A stretch of DNA of 63,333 nucleotides, filler included, from Reclinomonas americana ATCC 50394 (lineage: Eukaryota): NCBI GenBank assembly GCA_048213135.1. It is 20 parts of 20 records of this genome, joined end to end, with 100 filler letters (N's around TTAATTAATTAA, not from the genome) between each part and the next. Parts side by side here need not be neighbours in the genome. Positions count along the whole stretch, not along the records: positions 58,377 to 60,425 come from AFZH01020619.1; positions 60,526 to 63,333 come from AFZH01020621.1; 18 more parts are not named here. One strand, 5' to 3'. The notes beneath the pieces are model-generated. The model was given only the letters and a program-made list of their open reading frames with translations. It ran no database searches and was not told the origin of the DNA. Positions 58,377-63,333 of this stretch are shown here, piece after piece. The position numbers and the translations under genes were made by a program. Numbering within the stretch: the stretch's first letter is position 1; each line of letters begins with the position of its first letter.

Positions 58377-60330
58377 GGAATGCTTCGTTGCGGGCCATCC
58401 GGCAGCGCGCCGGTAGCGTGCAATGCCCTGTGGAGGCATGCACGGAGCTGGTCCCTCCCAAGACACTCAAGGTTTGTCTGTGTGCGTGTTCGAGCACGGC
58501 TATGCGGCGTTGCCTCATTGTTGCCTTCGTGTCGCAGGAGGAGGTGCTGAGCGAGGCCGAGTACACGGACTTGGTGGACGGCCCGATCCAGGCCAAGTTG
58601 GAGGAGGGTGGCGAGTTGGTGAGCTGCCCACGATGCCGTGCGCCATTTGAACGAGTGGCCGCGTCTGGTGCAGCTGCTGGAGGCGCCCCGCAGGTGTGTC
58701 ACTTTCGGTGCTTGCGGCGCTGTGCAGTCGTATATTCACGTGGCTCTCCATGCAGGCCGGTGGACCGAAAATGTCGGCCGAGGCGCAAGAACATCAGGCC
58801 AATTACCGCTTCCGCTGCCGCAAGTGCGCCTCTGTGTTTTGCGCCAGCTGCAAGGAGATTCCGTACCACGTTGGCTACACCTGCAGTGGAGTTTCGTTTT
58901 TTTTTGTCACGTGCCCCTGGTGCGCACACGTTGTGGAATGTTGACGAATGATTCTGATGGTGCAGTGGGTGGAGTACAAGAACTCGCGCGCATGCCGCTT
59001 CTGCGAGACCCAGCTGAACGAGCGCAACACGTGCGTGGATCCAGTGGAGGACTGTTGCGTGTCTGACTGTGTGCATATACGTATATTTGTTATGTGTGCT
59101 CGTCTCATATACTGTTGTTGCATTGCAGATGCCGACATTCCGCCGGGACTGCTCGATGTGTGCACCGATCCTGGCTGTGTCGAAAAGCGCGCGCGGAGCT
59201 GCGAAAAGCTGCTGGACTGCGGTCACCCGTGCTGTGGAATTCGGGGCGAGGAGGAGTGTTTGGGATGTTTGCGTTGCGAGGCACCGGATGGTAGCTGCGT
59301 CGGCGACGAGTACTGTGTGATTTGTGGGTACGAGCCGCTAAAGGTTGGTCTACATTTTTTTCGCTAGTGCCTTCTCAAGACAGCGCATGGGGTGACTCAC
59401 TGTTCGCGTATCGTGTGATCTTTCTTGCAGCTGGCGCCGTGCATAAGACTGAGCTGCAATCACGTGCTGCACTACCACTGTGTGCTCGAGCAGCTGCAGC
59501 GGAGTTACCCTGGTCCTTCGATTACGTTCGGATACATGCTGTGCCCGCACTGCAAGCGGATGTTCAACCACCCGGCACTGGCGGAGGCCATGCGCGATCC
59601 GCTCCTTCTGTACCGAGTGCGTTTTTGTGGCTTGCTGTTGTTTTCTCCCCTCGCGGTGTCGCCATCTTGCCTCCTCACCGTGGTGGTGTGGCGCAGACGG
59701 TGGAGGCTCGCGTGTTGGATCGACTGGAGCGTGAGGGTGAATCGAATCACTTTCACATTGTGGATCCGTCGGGCAAGTTCCACAACGATCCACTCGGCTT
59801 TGCTTTGCATCGCTACGCCTACTATCGGTGCTCCAAGTGCAAGGTGAGGAACGTAGCAGCTGCTGTGCTCCGTCTCCATTCGTGCGCTCACTCCCAGCAC
59901 CTGCAGGACCCATACTTTGGCGGTCGGCGTGAATGCGAGCAAGTGGCCGATCAGCGGCCCGTCAATCCCGACGACTTGGTGTGCCCGACGTGCTCGAGTG
60001 TCGGGCTGGAGACGTGCGCGCGCCACGGCAAGGACTACTTGCAGCACAAGTGCAAGTTCTGCTGCAACGTGGCCAGCTTCTTCTGCTGGGGCACGACGCA
60101 CTTTTGCGAAAAGTGCCACAAGCGACAAGAGGATGGCGACTATCTCACACGCTACAAGGTGAGCACCGCAGCAGCGGCTTGTGTGGTTCTGCATCCTCAC
60201 TTCTTCTTTGTTCACGTTGCAGCGCGAAGACCTGCCACGCTGTCCGGGACCTGGGCACTGCAAGTTTGCGCCGCACCCACCAAGTGGCGAGGAATTCGCA
60301 GTCGGCTGCGCATTGTGTATCGATCGCTGA
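58377..60330 (+). CDS. MYCBP2/PHR-type RING-Cys-relay (RCR) E3 ligase module preceded by IBR-like and B-box-like zinc fingers; 5'-partial
   Basis: RING CVICGYEPLK|LAPCIRLSCNHVLHYHC...ITFGYMLCPHCK; YAYYRCSKCK|DPYFGGRREC; KCKFCCNVASFFCWGTTHFCEKCH; HPPSGEEFAVGCALC. TGA at 60328-60330. Confidence 0.9.
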
Positions 60331-60558
60331 GGAGAATGTGCGGGGAGTGCGTGGAAAAAGCTTCTCTATGTATTCTATCCCTCGCTGCTCTCCTCTCTAT
60401 CTCTGTTGTTGTTTTCTCGTGGGCANNNNNNNNNNNNNNNNNNNNNNNNNNNNNNNNNNNNNNNNNNNNTTAATTAATTAANNNNNNNNNNNNNNNNNNN
60501 NNNNNNNNNNNNNNNNNNNNNNNNNACCTCGCACGCCGCCACTCGTGTTGTCTCACTC

Positions 60559-60600
<42 letters not shown>

Positions 60601-60611
60601 TGTGGCACTCA

Positions 60612-61644
60612 GTTTTTCGGCCGGAGCCACATGTATGGCGGCCCCACGTGCGGTGTGTTACCCGTATGTCTCGTTGCCGAAGAGTAAGAACCACTCATCG
60701 TGTGCTTGTTGCAGGCAAGGACTGCGACTACAATTTTGATCCCGAGGGAGTTGCGTGCGGTTGACGTGCCGAATCATGTCGTGGTGTGCGTGTGTCTGAC
60801 ATGTGTGCACAGCTGATGGGCGATTTTACTGCGCTGTTGTCCCTCTTCCTGGGCCTCCATGTGGGCCGTGTGTGCCGCGAGTGCACCACCATCAAGGAGC
60901 GCATCTTGCAGTGGGTGCCCTTCGGTGTCTTTTGGGTGACCCTCGGTACGTGCACCTCGCACGAGTATCGTGTGACTCAGACGATCTCACCCACCCACCC
61001 ACCGCCGCTCGCTCGCCGCACACAGGCATTGTTTTGCACGTGACGGGCGCGATCCCATGGAACAAGAAGTTACGCTCACTGACGCCTCTGCTGCCTTCCT
61101 GCGTGTTCTCACTCTTTTCGTGGTGCATCAGTCTGTGGTCCTTCTCGTACACGGTATTCATGGGCGGCGCCGATACGCTGTTCGTCACACTCGTCTACGT
61201 CCTTGTCGACGTGCTCAAGTGGAGCTGGCTCATCAAGCCGTGGATCATGATGGTAAGCAAGCATCGTGTGGTGTGGTGAGGGGAGGAGGAGGAGGAGAAG
61301 CGTACCCACGTAGAACTCGCTTTTTTGTGGTGTGTGCCACGACCATGCAGGGCATGAATGCCATCATTCTGTTGCGTGCAGTCGCGTACTGAGTGTGCAT
61401 GCCTATGTTTCTGACAACTCTCCCCGCGCACAGCTACATCGGCTCCGAGGTTGTTCCCAATCTGCTGTCGATGGTCTACTACGGCGATCCATGCAACCCG
61501 TTCTACGTCTGGTTCGGCACCAACGCCTTCAACAATCCCATGGGCCGCGACTGGGGCGGCGCCATGTTCGGCCTCTTTAATGCGCTCGTGTGGGTCTCTG
61601 TCGGCGCCATTCTCTACTGGAGAAAGATCTTTATTAAGTTGTAA
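60612..61644 (+). CDS. HGSNAT: Heparan-alpha-glucosaminide N-acetyltransferase-like membrane protein, 5'-partial
   Basis: FDPEG|LMGDFTALLSLFLGLHVGR, IPWNKKL, M|GMNAIIL|YIGSE and LYWRKIFIKL*. Confidence 0.88.
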
Positions 61645-61744
61645 GCGTGCACACACAAAAAGCGACGACGGGCATGCGCAGTGAACGTCGTTGTCGTCAC
61701 AAAGTCCCGTTGTGTGTGCGCAACAAAACAGACCACTCCACGCA

Positions 61745-63333
61745 ATGTGGATTCTCGCGTGGTTCAGTCAGTTCTGGGTGCTATGCATCAAGCACTTTTG
61801 CGTGTGGGTGGGTTCCTTGTGCTGCTGATGCACACGCACTCTTTCTCTCTCACAATGTCTGACTTATTCTTTCTGCGGGGTCGGAGTAGACACGCAGCCT
61901 GAAAGTGACACTGGCGCACCTCATAGCCCCCGTCTTCATCATCTTCCTCATCTTCCTGATGCAAAAGGTGCGTGTGTGTGTGTGTGTGTTGACACAAAAG
62001 ATCAATGATGAGAATGCCAACACACACTGCTATTGCAAGATCAATCCCACGCGCGGTGCACAAGTCGACTCGGTGACTCCGGCCGACATTGGCACTCTGC
62101 AACAGTGCAAAGTTGCGTTGTCTCTCGCCGCCTGCTGACTTGGCGGGTGACACAGCAAGTAAAGTAAGTACCACGTGCAGGAGGCCAACTGCGTGACAGT
62201 GGCCTATGCGCCCGACGGCGACGCAAGAGTGACAGACACGATGCACTGGCTGCAGCAGGTCACTGGACTGACCGTGGCGGAGCGCAGACGCAGTCAGGCG
62301 CTCGATGGTGCGTGGTTTTTGTGTGTTGTATCAGTGTGTGTGTGCTTGTCGCGGAGCCCCGACGAATGAGTGTTGCAGATCCGACTCCGCGAGGCCTCGT
62401 CGGCTTCTCCAGTGAGACCGAGTTGAAAGACTTTATGAAGTTGTGTATGTGTGTGTGTGTGTGTGGAAGTGCTCCGGCGTGTACTCACCGTGGTCGACTA
62501 CATGCACAGAAAGAACCAGGGGCCGACCTATGTTGGTGAGTGCATGTGTGAATCGTCTCTGTCATTATGTGGCAGTTTAACATCTTTCTTGTCTCCGTGT
62601 ACGTGTGTGGTGCAGGCCTGCTGTTCTCGTGGGTCATGGAGTTGCCGGTGGTCACCTCCGTCTTCAATGTCACGAACGACCGCACGCCACAGGCATTTGT
62701 GTCGCTTGCCGAGGCGCACATTCTCAAGTACAGCCAAAACAACGTGTGCAACGCCGGTGCGTCGCCTGCTTTCAATCTTCATCTGTGCTACCGCTCATTG
62801 TGCTGGCTGTGACAGCTCCTGGCAACTGCCGCATATCGCTGCACGTGGAGGGCTTCCCGGAGATTGACGCGAGACCTATTGATCGCGATAGTTGCGCTGC
62901 GCACGCCCCTCATCGCTCGTGGCTCTTTTTCCGTGACTTACTGTTCGTATGTGTGTGTGCAGTTGTTGCAAAGGGTGGCGCGGGTTGGTTCATCACCGCG
63001 CCCATGTTCAGTCTGGTGCTGATTCTTCACATGGTTCGTTACCGTTTACCGCACGCTGCTTCCCACTCTGCCTCCTCACCCACTCACACTTGCGCGTGAG
63101 ACAGGTGGTTGCCGAGAAGCAAAGCGGGCTGCGACAGGGGTTGGCCATGATGGGACTTTTGGTGTGTATTTGGGTGAAGCCCTATCTTATTGTTGTCATT
63201 TGTTCTCACGTCACGTGCCCTGCTCTCGGCGACACAATTCAGGATGGCCCCATGTGGTCCACGTGGTTGTTGTTTGGCTCCTTTATCGGAGTCCTCGGTC
63301 AGTTTTTCTCACAATCACGTGTGTGTGTGTTTG
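61745..63333 (+). CDS. ABC transporter subfamily A, N-terminal part
   Basis: QFWVLCIKHFCVW|TRSLKVTLAHLIAPVFIIFL; CVTVAYAP; VVAEKQSGLRQGLAMMGLL|DGPMWSTW (ABCA ExExxLRxxMxxMGL motif). Confidence 0.88.

Overview
Gene-dense, intron-rich eukaryotic (protist-like) genomic DNA. It consists of 20 assembly segments joined by artificial ~100-nt N/TTAATTAATTAA/N linkers. Several genes (NF1, DPE2, a giant E3 ligase) continue in order across the linkers, so the segments look scaffold-ordered. Manual splicing (introns mostly 60-90 nt) gives: PMS2-type MutL, POP4, an HPP-family protein, VPS51, a tandem array of at least 9 intronless 7-bladed WD40 genes with a conserved C-tail plus one divergent WD40 gene, a HECTD4/HERC-like giant E3 with a LamG domain, two secreted proteins, PCO/ADO, SAS-6, a CRT-like transporter end, neurofibromin, an FkbM methyltransferase, a secreted permuted-NlpC/P60-like protein, an eIF4E-family protein with a long tail that probably ends in a TM anchor, a coiled-coil protein, DPE2, RPLP1, a MYCBP2-type RING-Cys-relay ligase, HGSNAT-like and ABCA. 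Four observations stand out. (1) An abundant class of +1-shifted 5' splice sites (GTTGCGT/GTTGAGT, almost never preceded by G). (2) A frame-required 1-nt exon at 45048. (3) The diversifying WD40 array. (4) A probable tail-anchored eIF4E. All family calls come from motif recognition by eye; no database search was run.
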